Assembly (NCBI GenBank): GCA_963842855.1 | Contig: CAWJHW010000003.1 | Location: forward strand, 696,616 to 760,615 | Direction of reading: 5' to 3' | Source: an uncultured Methylomirabilota bacterium | Lineage (GTDB): Bacteria; Methylomirabilota; Methylomirabilia; Methylomirabilales; 2-02-FULL-66-22 | Length of the DNA stretch: 64,000 bases | Part shown: positions 10,419-18,419 of the stretch, piece after piece | How positions within the stretch are numbered: the stretch's first letter is position 1 | How the letters are laid out: the number at the start of each line of letters is the position of its first letter | Made by a program: the position numbers and the translations under genes | The notes under the pieces: model-generated | The model's database searches: none | Seen by the model: only the letters and a program-made list of their open reading frames with translations | Told to the model about the DNA's origin: nothing

Positions 10419-11030
10419 TTACGCCGTCTTGCGGATCTTGAGAAACATCTGAGCCATGCCCGCCTGGTCCAGGTCCGAGACCAAGAGACAGGCGAGATTT
10501 CGCTGCTTCCACAAGAGCAGCTCGCGGCCCGAGGTCACCCGGTGGTATGGCTTGAACGTTTCAATGGGCATCCACCCCTCGTCAGGAATGACGATCCCGG
10601 CCTCCGGCATGAGAAACAGCGTCGTGTAGCGACCCGAATCGTCGCGATAGACGAAGGTGGCAGCGCGCCTTCCGCGGAGATGGGTGACCATGCCGGCGAC
10701 CAACGCTACCTGGGAGTCGCCGGGAAAGATCGGCTCGAAGGCAAAGCCGACCCGGTCTCTCACCTCGCGCATCACGGCCAGCGGGTCGGCCGCCGGACGG
10801 GTCATTGTGGCCTTGACGTACTCTACGTGCTCGGCCACGGCCCCATCGGCCAGCAGGGGCACGGGGTCCCTCGTCAACCAGAGCCAGCCCGCCCACACCA
10901 CGAGGAGGAGGGCCACCGCGCCCGCCAGGCCCCCGGCGGTCCAGGGAATGCGAGGGAAACGCGTGTCAACGAGTTTTTGGCTTGCGTGACCCCGTCGTTT
11001 TGGGTACCGTATCTCCGGGCGTCGGAGCAC
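10419..11030 (-). CDS. Single-pass membrane protein with anti-sigma-factor-like extracytoplasmic domain (no zinc-finger N-terminus seen)
   Basis: TM segment GGLAGAVALLLVVWAGWLWL. C-terminal part ...HLRGRRAATFVYRDDSGRYTTLFLMPE...LLLWKQRNLACLLVSDLD resembles RsiW-type C-terminal domains. Assignment is from memory only. Confidence 0.35.
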   Translation of the reverse strand: MLRRPEIRYPKRRGHASQKLVDTRFPRIPWTAGGLAGAVALLLVVWAGWLWLTRDPVPLLADGAVAEHVEYVKATMTRPAADPLAVMREVRDRVGFAFEPIFPGDSQVALVAGMVTHLRGRRAATFVYRDDSGRYTTLFLMPEAGIVIPDEGWMPIETFKPYHRVTSGRELLLWKQRNLACLLVSDLDQAGMAQMFLKIRKTA

Positions 11031-11119
11031 CGACGCGGGCGCGCGTCCGGGGGGTGATGTCCCTTGGCTGCATGCCCGAAGGCAACGGAACGGAACCCGG
11101 GCAGCAGGAGGAGAAACCG

Positions 11120-11347
11120 ATGGCCGCTGCGTATGTCCTCATCGAGGCGGCACCCAAGAAGGCGCTGCGGGCCTGCGCCAAGATCGCAAAGATCTCCGGC
11201 GTGAAGTCGGCCCATCTGGTCACGGGGCCCTACGATATCATTGCCTTCGTCGAGGCGAAAGACCCTGGCGCCATCGGCAAGCTGGTGATGGCAAGAATCC
11301 AGGCGGTGCCCGGCGTGGGGAAGACCATCACCTGCGTCGTGGTCTAG
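11120..11347 (+). CDS. Stand-alone Lrp/AsnC ligand-binding (RAM) domain protein, ~75 aa
   Basis: MAAAYVLIEAAPKKALRACAKIAKISGVKSAHLVTGPYDIIAFVEAKDPGAIGKLVMARIQAVPGVGKTITCVVV. GGAGGAG lies 7 nt upstream of ATG 11120. Confidence 0.7.
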   Translation: MAAAYVLIEAAPKKALRACAKIAKISGVKSAHLVTGPYDIIAFVEAKDPGAIGKLVMARIQAVPGVGKTITCVVV

Positions 11348-11458
11348 CCCTTCAGGCAACCTGGCGATCTGGCAACCAGGCAATCTGCAGTTCCGCGTTG
11401 CCGGCTACCTTCAGCATGCGCCCAGTTGCCGGGTCGCCTGATTGCCTACCCTGAAAGG
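11348..11458. repeat. GGCAAY/RTTGCC octamer palindromic module, copy 1
   Basis: Left arm caggcaac ctggcgat ctggcaac caggcaat (11353-11384). Right arm gttgccgg ... gttgccgg gtcgcctg attgccta (11397-11448). Flanked by ccttcagg / cctgaaagg. Spans the gap between the convergent AsnC-like and pepA stops. Confidence 0.65.
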
Positions 11459-12963
11459 AGTTCCACGGCCAGGTTCACCAGCGTCCGCACCATGACGCCC
11501 GTGGCCCCCTTCGGCTGGTACCCCTTCTCCTTGTCCGTCTCGAACGTCCCGGCGATGTCCAGGTGCACCCACGGGGTGTCGCCCACGAAGTGCTGAAGAA
11601 ACTTCGCCCCCGTGATGGCGCCGCCCTTCCGACCGCCCGTGTTCTTGATCTCCGCGACGTCGCTCTTGATCAGCTCGTCGTACTCCGGGTCCATAGGCAG
11701 GGGCCAGATCTTCTCCCCCGCGGCCCGGCCGGCCGCCAGGACCTTGTCCAGCAATCCTTGGTTGTTGGTGAAGGCCCCGCTGTTCAGCGTCCCCAGGGCC
11801 ACCACGCAGGCCCCGGTCAGGGTCGCCACGTCCACGAGGTGGCTGGCCTTCCGAGTGCGGGCGTAGTGCAGGGCATCGGCCAGCACCAGCCGGCCCTCGG
11901 CGTCGGTGTTGATCACCTCGATAGTCTTCCCGCTCATGGCCCGGAGGATGTCCCCGGGCTTCAGCGCCGAGCCGCTGGGGAGGTTCTCCGTCGCGGGCAC
12001 GACGGCCGTCACGTGGATGGGGAGGTTCAGGCGCGCGATGGCGGAGGTGGCGGCGATGACTGCGGCCGCTCCGGCCATGTCCCCTTTCATGGCCTCCATG
12101 TTCTCGGCCGGCTTGATGGAGATGCCCCCCGAATCGAAGGTGATGCCTTTACCGATCAAGCCGAGGTGCGGACCGCCCCGGCGACCCCCCCGGTATTCGA
12201 GAACAATGAGGCGTGGTGGCTCCTGACTCCCTCGGGCGACGCCCAGCAGGGCCCGGGCCCCAAGGCGCCGGAGCTCCTGGAGGCCTCGCACCCGGCAGCG
12301 GATTCCGGACCGCCGGGCCGCCTCCTTCGCGCGCCGGCCCAGCTCCGTGGGGGTCAGCGTGTTCCCGGGCTCATTCACCAGGTCTCGCGCCGCATTCGTC
12401 GCCTCAGCGAGGAGGCGGCCGCGACGGACGGCCTCGGTCATGGCCCGCAGCTTCTGCCGGTCCCGCTCGACGATTGTGAGGGTCTCGATCTCCCTCTTCC
12501 CTTCCTCGTTGTTCCGCTTGTATCGGGTGAATCGATACAGGCCCAGGAGCGCCCCCTCGGAAAGCGCCTGGGCCGCCTGCGCGGCGCTGAAGCCCCGGGT
12601 GCCCATCCGGGCGCCGGCCCCGTGGACGATGGTGCCCACCCGCCGGGCCCCGATCTTGCGCAGGTGCTTGAGTGCTTCGGCCGACACGATCCGTGCGCGG
12701 TCCAGGGTGAAATCCTCCCGCTTCCCCAGGCCCATCACCAGGATCCGGTCCACCGGCAGTTTCTCCAGGGCGTGGACCAACGTCTGCTCTCCCCACTTCC
12801 CCGTCACCTCGCCCATCTGAACCAACTTCCGGATCGCGCCGCCCAGCGCCGCATCCACCGCCGCCGTGGCCCCACCCGGGGCCTTGACCCCCTCGTAGAG
12901 GTTCACCACCATGGCGTCGCCCCGGAACCTCGTCACGTCTCCGATCACGAGTCGGATGTCCAA
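11446..12963 (-). CDS. pepA: Leucyl aminopeptidase (M17 family)
   Basis: NTDAEGRLVLADALHYA, GKGITFDSGGISIKP and MKGDMAGAAAV motifs. Start set at TTG 12963 because AAGGAG lies 6 nt upstream; the track ORF extends to 13026. Confidence 0.9.
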   Translation of the reverse strand: MDIRLVIGDVTRFRGDAMVVNLYEGVKAPGGATAAVDAALGGAIRKLVQMGEVTGKWGEQTLVHALEKLPVDRILVMGLGKREDFTLDRARIVSAEALKHLRKIGARRVGTIVHGAGARMGTRGFSAAQAAQALSEGALLGLYRFTRYKRNNEEGKREIETLTIVERDRQKLRAMTEAVRRGRLLAEATNAARDLVNEPGNTLTPTELGRRAKEAARRSGIRCRVRGLQELRRLGARALLGVARGSQEPPRLIVLEYRGGRRGGPHLGLIGKGITFDSGGISIKPAENMEAMKGDMAGAAAVIAATSAIARLNLPIHVTAVVPATENLPSGSALKPGDILRAMSGKTIEVINTDAEGRLVLADALHYARTRKASHLVDVATLTGACVVALGTLNSGAFTNNQGLLDKVLAAGRAAGEKIWPLPMDPEYDELIKSDVAEIKNTGGRKGGAITGAKFLQHFVGDTPWVHLDIAGTFETDKEKGYQPKGATGVMVRTLVNLAVELLSG

Positions 12964-13030
12964 GGCCTGCTCCTTTCGCAAGATAGATGCCTTCCAGCAG
13001 GATGGAAGATGGCTGGATAATCGCACCCCC

Positions 13031-13130
13031 AGCGGTCAGCAATCAGCGATCAGGACAGAATGACCACAGGCTAGCGGCTAGAGCTTGCCCGACCCCGGAG
13101 CTGAATCCTGACGGCTGAAGGCCGACCGCT
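13031..13130. repeat. Octamer-periodic imperfect inverted repeat (agcggtca gcaatcag cgatcagg ... cctgacgg ctgaaggc cgaccgct)
   Basis: 19 of 24 positions are complementary between 13031-13054 and 13107-13130 (hand alignment). Lies in the divergent region between pepA and the aminotransferase. Confidence 0.5.
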
Positions 13131-13300
13131 TCCGTGAAGACTTATAGCGCACGAAGTCAAACCATTCCAAGCCGAATCGCCAGGAGGACTGGACATACGG
13201 AGCAAGGTCGGGCTAGTATGAGCGTCGTTCGGCCACACCTTCGCGTGGACCGGTTCGAAGAAGATCCGCTCACCGAGACACCTGCAGGAGGGAACCCGTC

Positions 13301-14660
13301 ATGGCCAACTGGGACGTCCCCGCGCTGCTCAGCGAGGATCGGCAACATCTCCTCCATCCCCTGTGGCACCCTGCAGACCATGCGGAACCGCACGTCTGGG
13401 TCCGGGGCCAGGGGGCCGTCCTGACCGATGCCTCCGGGCGCGAGTTCCTCGACGGCCTGTCCTGCCTCTGGAACGTGAACGTCGGCCACGGTCGCCGCGA
13501 GCTGGCCGAGGCGGCCGCCCTGCAGATGGAATCTCTCGCCTTCGCGACCAACTATGCCGGGTCCGCCAATGTCCCGGCCATCCAACTGGCGCGCCGACTG
13601 ACCGAGATCGCCTATCCGAACCTCAGCGCCGTATTCTTCACCAGCGGGGGCGCGGAGTCCAACGAGAGTGCCTTCAAGACGGCGCGCTTTTATTGGAAGG
13701 CCAAGGGCCGCCCGGAGAAGGTGAAGGTCATCGCCCGGGAGTTCGGCTATCACGGCGTGACGCTGGCGGCCATGAGCGCCACCGGCGTCGCCGGCTACGC
13801 CAAGATGTTCGAGCCCCGCGTGCCCAACTTCGTCCACACGGCGACTCCCTACGCCTATCGCCTCGCCGGTGTGAAGCCCGGGGAGACCGTGGGGCAGGCC
13901 GCCGCCCGGATGCTGGAGGAGACCGTCCTCCGCGAGGGCCCCGACACGGTGGCGGCCTTCATCGCGGAGCCTGTGCAGGGCGCGGGCGGGATCATCGTCC
14001 CGCCGGACGATTACTTCCCCCGGGTGCGGGAGATCTGCGCCAAGCACGACGTGCTCTTCATCGCCGACGAGGTCATTACCGGCTTCGGCCGTACCGGCCG
14101 GTGGTTCGCCCTAGAGCGCTGGGGGGTGCAGCCCGACATCCTTGCCTTCGCCAAGGGGATCACCAGCGGCTACCTCCCCCTCGGGGGCATCATGGTCTCC
14201 GAGCCCATCCGCGAGGCGATGCTGTCGGTCCCCTATGCCGACCGCTGGATGCACGCCTACACCTACTCGGGACACCCGACCTGCTGCGCCGTGGCCTTGC
14301 GGAACCTGGAGATCCTAGAGAAGGAGGGGCTGGTGGGAACGGGCGGAGAAGATGGGCCAGCGCCTGCTGGACGGGGCGCGGAGCCTGCTCGACCTCCCGG
14401 CCGTCGGCGAGGTTCGCGGACTCGGATTGATGGTCGCCGTGGAACTCGTGGCGGACCGTGCCACCAAGGCGGCCTTCGATCCCGCCAAGAACGTCATCGG
14501 CCGGGTGCGGAAAGAGTTGGAGGCGCGTGGGCTCTTCACGCGGGTCGTGCGCGACATCATCCTGCTGGCGCCGCCCCTGGTCATCACCGAGGCCCAGGTG
14601 GATCGGATCGTGCAGATCCTGCGCGAGGGCATCCGTGCGGTGCTCCCCGACCGCGCGTAA
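13301..14660 (+). pseudogene. Class-III (omega) aminotransferase, one apparent +1 frameshift near 14336
   Basis: FTSGGAESNESAFK, FIADEVITGFGRTGRWFA and AFAKGITSGYLPLGG (PLP Lys). After ...LEILEKEGLV the frame must shift (extra G in gtgggaacg) to continue ERAEKMGQRLLDGARSLLDLPAVGEVRGLGLMVAVELV...ITEAQVDRIVQILREGI (ORF 14352..14660). Confidence 0.85.
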
Positions 14661-14679
14661 AATCAACAGCCCGCCGGTA

Positions 14680-14718
14680 CCAACGGTGCAACCGTTGGTG
14701 CCAACGGCAGCGCGTTGG
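14680..14718 (+). terminator. Two consecutive GC-rich hairpins built from CCAACGG/CCGTTGG words, directly after the aminotransferase stop
   Basis: CCAACGGT-GCA-ACCGTTGG (14680-14698) and CCAACG-GCAGCG-CGTTGG (14701-14718). No U-tract. Confidence 0.45.
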
Positions 14719-14741
14719 TGCGCCATGATCGCCAACATTAC

Positions 14742-14824
14742 GTGGCAATTGGGCAACCAGGCGCACCCAGGGGGCCGGCAACCTGGAACCCCTGATTGCC
14801 AGATTGCCGGGTTGGCCGATTGCC
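14742..14824. repeat. GGCAAY/RTTGCC octamer palindromic module, copy 2
   Basis: Left arm gtggcaat tgggcaac ... gccggcaac. Right arm tgattgcc agattgcc gggttggcc gattgcc. Confidence 0.65.
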
Positions 14825-14873
14825 TTCCCATGGTGGTCTTGGCGCCTTGGCGGTTGAAACCTCGGATTGAATC

Positions 14874-15317
14874 GTGCGACGCCTATCGGCCTTTCGCCTC
14901 CGGCGCTTCTTGACGGTGACCGAGCGCGAACAGATCGCGGCCGCCCTGGCCGAGGCGGGACGCCACACCCGGGCGAGGATCGGACTCTCCATCGACGAGC
15001 AGGCGACCAGGGACCCCCGGGCCCGCGCCCGCACCCTGTTCCAGGAGTGGCAGCTCCCCGAGGGCGAGCGACCCACCGCCGTCCTGGTCTACGTCTCCGC
15101 TCCCAGCCGGACCTACGCCATCGTCGGCGGCGAGGATGTGCACCGTATCGCGCCCCAGACCTTCTGGGAGCTGTTGGACCGGGATCTCCACCACCACTTC
15201 GAGGAGGGCCGCTACTGCGACGGGATCTTCAAGGCGATCGCCCAGGTGGCCATCCAACTCGATCGCCACTTCCCCCGGGAGCCGGAGACAAGGCCTGAGG
15301 CACCTTCCGACCCCTGA
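14874..15317 (+). CDS. TPM-domain (TLP18.3/Psb32/MOLO-1 type) protein
   Basis: ...ERPTAVLVYVSAPSRTYAIVGGEDVHRIAPQTFWELLDRDLHHHFEEGRYCDGIFKAIAQVAIQL fits the TPM-domain pattern as I remember it. Confidence 0.55.
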   Translation: MRRLSAFRLRRFLTVTEREQIAAALAEAGRHTRARIGLSIDEQATRDPRARARTLFQEWQLPEGERPTAVLVYVSAPSRTYAIVGGEDVHRIAPQTFWELLDRDLHHHFEEGRYCDGIFKAIAQVAIQLDRHFPREPETRPEAPSDP

Positions 15318-15509
15318 GGAAATCCCATCCGGACCTCCGATCAAACACGCCTGCCCGGATAATTGAGGGCAGAGACCACACCCTCCAGCTTGGGCGCAAG
15401 GATCCAAGGCCGCACGGTTCCACTCTGTCCCGTTCCCTTCCAGACTCTTTTCCGAGCGTTTTGACAGACTGTTCTGCTGAGTCGGGCGGGACGGGCGGGG
15501 CGGAATCCC

Positions 15510-16868
15510 TCAGTACGAGTTGATCATCTCCTCGACGCGGGGGTCGGTGGGCTTGAAGGGGTCCTTACACAGGATGGTGCGCTGGTAGCGGTCGTTGAGT
15601 TTGAGGTAGGACCAGCCCACGTCGTAGGACTTGTTCCGCTCGTTGGCGAACTTGATGAAGTCGGAGCGGATCTTGGCCCGCGTGGTCTGGGGGGACGTCA
15701 GCGTGGCCTCGTCGATCTCCTCGTCGGTGAACAGCCGCTCCACGTGCCCCTGCCGGCAGAGGGCGTTGTACAGGCCCCGGTCCCGGCGGATGTCGTGGTA
15801 CTGCAGGTCCAGCATGCTGATGCGCTGGTCGTCGAAGCCGATGCCCTTCCTCCCCATGTAGGAGGCGATGAGCTCCTTCTTGATGACCCAGTCCAGCTCC
15901 CGGGCGCAGGCCAGGGGGTCCTCGCTCAACCGGTCCAGGACGGCCTGCCACCGCTCTAAAAGGTCGCTCACCTGGGGGGAGAGCTCGGCCGTGGCGTAGT
16001 ACTCCAGGGCCAGCTCCAGGTACTCCCGCTGCAGCTCGATGGCGGAGAACTCCTTCCCCCGCTTCAGGCGGACCTTGCGCCGGCAGGTGGTGTCGTGGGA
16101 GATCTCCTTGATGGCCCGCACCGGGTCCTCCAGCCCGAGGTCCTTCCGGATGACGCCGTCCTCCACCATGGCCAGCACGATGGCCGTGGTCCCCACCTTG
16201 AGGTAGGTCGTCACCTCGGACATGTTGGAGTCCCCGACGATGACGTGGAGCCGCCGGTACTTCTCCTCGTCGGCGTGGGGCTCGTCGCGGGTGTTGATGA
16301 TACCCCGGGAGCTGGTGGTGGCCCCCGAGATCTCCTGGTAGATGTGCTGGGCCCGCTGCGAGATGTAGTAGTGGTTCCCCAGCCGCGTCTTCAGGACCTT
16401 GCCGGCCCCGGCGAAGATCTGGCGGGTGACGAAGAAGGGGATGAGCTGCTCCGCCAGCTTGTGGAAGTTGACCCCTCGCTCCACCAGGTAGTTCTCGTGG
16501 CAACCGTAGGTGTTGCCTACCGAGTCCGTGTTGTTCTTGAAGATGAAGATGTCGCAGTCGATCCCGTTCTCGTGGAGCTTCCGCTCCGCGGTGAGCAGGA
16601 GCTCCTCGATGATCCGCTCCCCGGCCTTGTCGTGGATGGTGAGGTCCAGGGCGTTGTCGCACTCGGGGGTGGCGTACTCGGGGTGGCAACCGGTGTCCTG
16701 GTACAGGCGGGCCCCGTTCCTGAGGAAATCGTTGGTGCCGCGCTGGCGGGAGACGACCTTCTCGAAGAGATAGCCGAGGGCGCTCTCCACCGAGAGGTTC
16801 ACGCGCCCGCCGGCCGAGGATGAGATCAGGCCGTATTCGTTCTCGAGGCCGAAGATGCGCCGCTGCAT
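15510..16868 (-). CDS. pafA: Pup--protein ligase PafA
   Basis: MQRRIFGLENEYGLISS..., GARLYQDTGCHPEYATPEC, YGCHENYLV and INTRDEPHADEEKYRRLHVIVGDSNMSEVTTYLKVG. 452 aa, intact, last gene of the proteasome cluster. Confidence 0.9.
   Translation of the reverse strand: MQRRIFGLENEYGLISSSAGGRVNLSVESALGYLFEKVVSRQRGTNDFLRNGARLYQDTGCHPEYATPECDNALDLTIHDKAGERIIEELLLTAERKLHENGIDCDIFIFKNNTDSVGNTYGCHENYLVERGVNFHKLAEQLIPFFVTRQIFAGAGKVLKTRLGNHYYISQRAQHIYQEISGATTSSRGIINTRDEPHADEEKYRRLHVIVGDSNMSEVTTYLKVGTTAIVLAMVEDGVIRKDLGLEDPVRAIKEISHDTTCRRKVRLKRGKEFSAIELQREYLELALEYYATAELSPQVSDLLERWQAVLDRLSEDPLACARELDWVIKKELIASYMGRKGIGFDDQRISMLDLQYHDIRRDRGLYNALCRQGHVERLFTDEEIDEATLTSPQTTRAKIRSDFIKFANERNKSYDVGWSYLKLNDRYQRTILCKDPFKPTDPRVEEMINSY
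15792..16301 (-). repeat. 510-bp segment of pafA nearly identical to 18738..19248 inside dop
   Basis: Base-by-base hand comparison finds only one substitution (cagcCcgagg vs cagGccgagg) and one 1-nt indel (gtccccgac vs gtcgcccgac). Confidence 0.9.
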
Positions 16869-16889
16869 GGCGGCCGGGACCGGCCGAGA

Positions 16890-17591
16890 TCAGGCGGCCC
16901 CCTCCCCCTCCTTCTCCATCAGCTCCCGGAGCTCGGCCAGGGGGATGCGGCGGAATTTCCGCCCCACCCGCTCCCGCTCCAGGACTGCGACCTCCATGTT
17001 GACCGCCTTGACCTTCTGGCTGGCGGCCGCCTCCAGGCCGCGCCCGGCCAGCCGCAACGCTTCTTCCAGGCTGAGGCTGTCCCGGTACTTGTCCCGCAGG
17101 AACAGCTTCAATTCCTCGGCCTGCCCGCCGATGGTGGCGTAGCCCTTCTCGTCGGCGATGCTCCCGTCGAAGGTGATGCGATACAGCTCGTTCCCGGCCG
17201 TCCCCTCACCCACCTCCAGGACCAGGATCTCCACCTCCAGCGGCTTGATCTCCATGCTGAAGATGTTCCCGATCGCCTGGGAGTAGGCATTCGCCAGCGA
17301 CTTGGCCGTGACGTCCTCGCGGCCGTAGGCGTAGCCTTTGAGGTCGGCGTACCGGATCCCTTCCTTCCGCAGCCGCTCGAACTCGCTGTACTTGCCGGCC
17401 CCCGCGAAGGCGATCCGGTCGTAGATCTCCGAGATCTTGTTCAGGGCGGCGCTGGGATTCTCGGCCAGGATCAGGACGCCGTCCCGGTATTCCAGCGCGA
17501 TGATGGACCGCCCCTTGGCGATGCCCTTGCGGGCGTACTCCGCCTTGTCCTGCATCATCTGCTCGGGAGAGACGTAGTAGGGAAGCGGCAT
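16890..17591 (-). CDS. prcA: 20S proteasome alpha subunit
   Basis: MPLPYYVSPEQMMQDKAEYARKGIAKGRSIIALEYRDGVLILAENPS...YDRIAFAGAGKYSEFE. Confidence 0.9.
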   Translation of the reverse strand: MPLPYYVSPEQMMQDKAEYARKGIAKGRSIIALEYRDGVLILAENPSAALNKISEIYDRIAFAGAGKYSEFERLRKEGIRYADLKGYAYGREDVTAKSLANAYSQAIGNIFSMEIKPLEVEILVLEVGEGTAGNELYRITFDGSIADEKGYATIGGQAEELKLFLRDKYRDSLSLEEALRLAGRGLEAAASQKVKAVNMEVAVLERERVGRKFRRIPLAELRELMEKEGEGAA

Positions 17592-17607
17592 CGCCCTCTC
17601 CTCGACC

Positions 17608-18405
17608 TCAGCCGGCCCGGCGCGCGTTGGCGATCGCCTCGCACAACGAGGCGACGCGGTCGTCGGGAACGTCCTGGATCCCGGCCCGCGTCACCAGCTT
17701 GACGCTGGGAAAGATCCTCCGGACGAAATCCGGCCCGCCGGTCCCGGTGTCCTCATCGGCGGCGTCGTACAGCGCCTCCACCGCCAGGTGGATCGCGTCG
17801 GCCTCGGGCATGGCCGGCCGGTACAACTTCTTCATGGTGGCGCGGGCGTCCTTCCCGCCGGAGCCGATAGCGTAATATTCCGCCTCGTCGTAGCGGCCAC
17901 CGGCCAGGTCGTACTTGTATATCCGCCCCTCGTCCCGCCGGAGATCGTAGCCGACGAAAATCGGGATCACCACCAGCCCCTGGATCGCCAGCGGCAGATT
18001 GGCCCGAACCATCTGGGCCAGCTTGTTGGCCTTCCCCTCCAGGCTTAGGACCATCCCCTCGAGCTTCTCGTAATGGGCCAGCTCCGTCTGGAAGAGCCGG
18101 GCCATCTCGAGGCACGGGCCCGCCGCCCCGGCGATGGCGATGGCCGAGTGGTCATCGGCCGCGTACACCTTCTCGATCCGCCGCGAGGCGACCTGGTACC
18201 CCTCGGTGGCCTGCCGGTCGCCGGCGACGACCACCCCCTCCTGGCAGCGGAGCGCCAGCACGGTGGTGCCGATGGGGACCGGCAACACCGTCTCGCGCGG
18301 CTCGGGCCCCTCGGCGGCGAACTGGGGTAGGTGCGCCGGCTCCCGCTGCCGCAGCAGGTCGAAGAAGCTGGATCCGGCATCGGACTGGCTGAAGGACAGA
18401 TTCAC
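17608..18405 (-). CDS. prcB: 20S proteasome beta subunit (with propeptide)
   Basis: GTG 18405 gives VNLSFSQSDAGSSFFDLL... Processing site ...VPIG|TTVLALRCQEGVVVAGDRQAT, then ...YAIGSGGKDA. AGGAGG lies upstream and overlaps the dop stop. The track merges this with dop as a 766-aa ORF. Confidence 0.9.
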   Translation of the reverse strand: MNLSFSQSDAGSSFFDLLRQREPAHLPQFAAEGPEPRETVLPVPIGTTVLALRCQEGVVVAGDRQATEGYQVASRRIEKVYAADDHSAIAIAGAAGPCLEMARLFQTELAHYEKLEGMVLSLEGKANKLAQMVRANLPLAIQGLVVIPIFVGYDLRRDEGRIYKYDLAGGRYDEAEYYAIGSGGKDARATMKKLYRPAMPEADAIHLAVEALYDAADEDTGTGGPDFVRRIFPSVKLVTRAGIQDVPDDRVASLCEAIANARRAG

Positions 18406-18419
18406 GGGCCGCGCACCTC

